A DNA stretch of 64,000 bases. It comes from Deltaproteobacteria bacterium (lineage in GTDB: Bacteria > CG2-30-53-67). This document shows positions 61,469-64,000 of this stretch, one piece after another. The stretch covers positions 39,743 to 103,742 of the forward strand of contig JAADIO010000055.1 in assembly GCA_013151235.1 (NCBI GenBank), given 5' to 3'. The notes beneath the pieces were generated by a model. It ran no database searches and was not told where the DNA came from. It saw nothing but the letters and a program-made list of their open reading frames with translations. The number at the start of each line of letters is the position of its first letter. The stretch's first letter is position 1. A program made the translations under genes and the position numbers.

Positions 61469-63397
61469 TCAGGAACTTTCATAGACCACCCTTCCCATCT
61501 CTTCCACATCGTACCCCCCCAGGTCATGGATCGTCTTCCGGAAGACAGGATCGTTCCGGAGAATGTCAAGGAGGGCAACAATCGGTTCCAGCTTCAGCAA
61601 GTCTTCCGGAATCACAAAATCATAACGTTCCCGAGCCTGGGGGATGAAGTCAAGGTCGAGGGCCCGGGCCGCCGCCAGGATACAGACCCCGGCATCGGCC
61701 GTCCCGCCGGCCACGGCGGAGGCCACTCCCATATGGGTATACTCCTCCCGGTCGTATCCCCTGATGCTCAAGGGATCGATCCCCAGCCGTTTCAGATGAG
61801 AATCCGTCAGCAGACGCGTCCCCGATCCCTTCTGGCGATTGACAAAAACAACCTCCCCGCGGGTCAGGTCCGGGAATCCCCGAATCCCCTTTGGATTGCC
61901 CTTCGGCACACAGAGCCCCTGCCGGCGGAAGACCAGATTCACCAGGATCACCGGGGTCCCGGAAAGAAACCTTTTTACGAAGGGGACGTTGTACTCGCCG
62001 CTCTTTTCATCGAGGAGATGGGTGCCGGCAAGATGAGCCTCCCCCCGTTTGACCGCCATCAGCCCCCCCATGCTGCCCACATGTGCCGAGGAGAAGGTCA
62101 TTTCCGGATGGGCCTTCTTCAGCAGATTCGCCAGGATATCAAGAGAGTTGTCGTGGCTCCCGATGCAGACGAGGGTCCGGTCGATCTCCGAAGGGGAGCG
62201 GAACAACCGGACGTCAACGGCCTCCCCGGCGGCGATTCCCTCACTCCCGCCCGGAATCCGGATCACCCCATCGGCCCGCACGAGGGACATGAGCATCCCG
62301 GCCCCCCGTTCCACGGGGGTGACAATTCTCTTTTCTCTGACCCGGCCGACCTTGACCCGGACAAACTCCTCCGGCCCGAGGGTGGAGGAGACCTGCCGGG
62401 CAAGGACGGCTGTCAGGGTTTCCGGCGGGGAAGGGGCGAGCCCCTGCCACCGGAGGATCAGCGGTTTCAGGAAAAGGTCCATCGTCAGAACGGCAGAGAC
62501 GGGATAACCGGGAATCCCGACCACGGGTTTGCCGTTCACCCGGGCAAGAATCACCGGTTTGCCGGGCTTGATATTCACCCCCTGTACAAAGACCTCCCCG
62601 ATTTCACGGAGGACATGGACCGTATAATCCTCCCGCCCGGCAGAGGAGCCGGCATTCACAACGACCAGGTCCGCTTTCTCCAGAGAACGGAGAAGGGCCG
62701 TCCGGATCGCCTTCGGATCATCCCGGACGATCTCCTGCCGCAAAGGAATCCCCCCCCATTCGCGAAGCATCCCGCAGAGAATGCGGGAATTGAATTCGGT
62801 GATTTCTCCCTCCCGGGGGGTTGCCCCGGGCTGGATCAGTTCATTCCCCGTGGGAAGTACGGCAACCACGGGACGGCGGCGTACCCGAACCTCCCCGACT
62901 CCACCGGCCAGCATAGCCCCCAAGTCGGCGGGGCGGATGGGATGGTTTTCCGGCAGGATCAGTTCCGTAGCGACAATGTCTTCGCCGGTTCTCCGGACGT
63001 GCTGATAGGGCGTGGCCGGAGCGAGAATCTCGATCTCCCCTTCCCCGCAGCGATCGACCTCCTCGATCATGATCACTGCGTCCATCCTTTCCGGAAGGGG
63101 ATCCCCCGTATCGACAAAAACGGCCTGCCGCCCCACCTGCAAGCGGACGGGACGCGTCTCGGAGGCACCCTGGGTATCGGCAAAACGGACGGCCACACCG
63201 TCCATGGCGGCACTATGATAGGTCGGAGAAGACCGAAAGGCCGTCACCGCCTCCGCCGTGATCCTTCCCAGGGAACGATCCACAGGAAGGGTTTCACCCT
63301 GCAAAGGAACGTTGATACCGGCCGCATCGAGTCCTTCCTGCCACAGCCGGAGGGCATCCTTTAAAGAGGTACTGTCCGGATAGACCTGCCGTTTCAC
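61469..63397 (-). CDS. moeA: MoeA fused to a C-terminal PBP (LysR-substrate-like) domain
   Basis: AAMDGVAV, TGNEL, GSSAGRED, IKPGKP, PGYPVS; IGSHD, VGSMGGL, NRQKGSGTR. Confidence 0.92.
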   Translation of the reverse strand: MKRQVYPDSTSLKDALRLWQEGLDAAGINVPLQGETLPVDRSLGRITAEAVTAFRSSPTYHSAAMDGVAVRFADTQGASETRPVRLQVGRQAVFVDTGDPLPERMDAVIMIEEVDRCGEGEIEILAPATPYQHVRRTGEDIVATELILPENHPIRPADLGAMLAGGVGEVRVRRRPVVAVLPTGNELIQPGATPREGEITEFNSRILCGMLREWGGIPLRQEIVRDDPKAIRTALLRSLEKADLVVVNAGSSAGREDYTVHVLREIGEVFVQGVNIKPGKPVILARVNGKPVVGIPGYPVSAVLTMDLFLKPLILRWQGLAPSPPETLTAVLARQVSSTLGPEEFVRVKVGRVREKRIVTPVERGAGMLMSLVRADGVIRIPGGSEGIAAGEAVDVRLFRSPSEIDRTLVCIGSHDNSLDILANLLKKAHPEMTFSSAHVGSMGGLMAVKRGEAHLAGTHLLDEKSGEYNVPFVKRFLSGTPVILVNLVFRRQGLCVPKGNPKGIRGFPDLTRGEVVFVNRQKGSGTRLLTDSHLKRLGIDPLSIRGYDREEYTHMGVASAVAGGTADAGVCILAAARALDLDFIPQARERYDFVIPEDLLKLEPIVALLDILRNDPVFRKTIHDLGGYDVEEMGRVVYESS

Positions 63398-63441
63398 TTC
63401 AATGACACTCCTCGCATGTTCAGGGTCCAGGTTGCTTCTCT

Positions 63442-63999
63442 TTACGAAGGGAAAAGCCGGACGATCACCGACTCCCCTTTTTCCAGACCCGCTTTTTCTT
63501 CCGGGATCACCACGGTTCCCGCTGCCGCAACAAGAGTGGAGATCAGACCCGACTTCCCCAGGATCGGGCGGGCCGTGACTTCCTCTCCCTCCCTCTTCAG
63601 AGCAACACGCAGGTAGTCCTCCCGCCCCGGCCGGGAGGAAACACTCCGGGTCAGCGTCGCGATAACCGTCCTCCCCGACCGGTCGGTCCAGTCGGGAGGT
63701 TGCTCTCCGGAAAGACTCTGCAGGATCGGTTTCACAAAAAGGTCATAGCCGATCACCACGGCAGCCGGATGTCCCGGCAGCCCGAAAACAGGGCGGCCTT
63801 TTACAAGTGCGCAGAGGGTCGGTTTCCCGGGCTTCACCGCCACACCGTGAAAGAGGAGCCCCTCACCGAGGGAGGTGAGGACCTTTTCCGTCAGGTCCCG
63901 GGTCCCGACGGAACTCCCGCCGGAGAGAATCACCAGATCACTCCCGGCAACGGCACGATGAACGGCCTCCTCCAGACGATCTTCATCATCAGGGATAAC
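63442..63999 (-). CDS. moeA: Molybdopterin molybdo/tungstotransferase MoeA, 3' part; 5' end outside the window
   Basis: SGGSSVGTRD, VKPGKPT, GLPGHP, GKSGLI; frame open to the window end. Confidence 0.9.
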   Translation of the reverse strand, partial: VIPDDEDRLEEAVHRAVAGSDLVILSGGSSVGTRDLTEKVLTSLGEGLLFHGVAVKPGKPTLCALVKGRPVFGLPGHPAAVVIGYDLFVKPILQSLSGEQPPDWTDRSGRTVIATLTRSVSSRPGREDYLRVALKREGEEVTARPILGKSGLISTLVAAAGTVVIPEEKAGLEKGESVIVRLFPS

Positions 64000-64000
64000 C

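Overview
GC-rich chromosomal window from an anaerobic diderm bacterium. Gene content and order resemble Desulfobacterota or Nitrospirota; the lineage is inferred, not proven. Mostly housekeeping blocks: a partial tungsten-type aldehyde:ferredoxin oxidoreductase with a class II aldolase, a VapBC-type toxin-antitoxin pair, metF / B12 radical SAM / cobO / yajQ, the tetrapyrrole operon ccsA-hemA-hemC-cobA/hemD-hemB-hemL, a frameshifted AddA-like helicase-nuclease, rlpA, pgi, surE-pcm-yqaA-rpoS-apt-metK-ahcY with two tRNA-Pro genes, a decaying sulfated-polysaccharide locus, the lptCAB-rpoN-hpf-ptsN-hprK-rapZ-PTS(Man)-ptsH-ptsI cluster, a RACo-like ASKHA protein and two moeA genes. The best candidate for an undescribed system is at 28.3-33.8 kb. 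A soluble histidine kinase whose only input is a 7-Cys 'two-CW' domain and an NtrC-type activator lie directly upstream of a sigma54 promoter, with two phased enhancer-like palindromes, driving DsrE-TusA-SQR-like-DUF1641. This suggests a sulfane-sulfur/redox sensing circuit. Also notable: nested MITE-like repeats that supply gene stop codons, a sigma54 metF leader containing a 3-codon uORF, and an orphan binding-protein-fold protein with no signal peptide. No CRISPR array, rRNA, integrase or transposase was seen.
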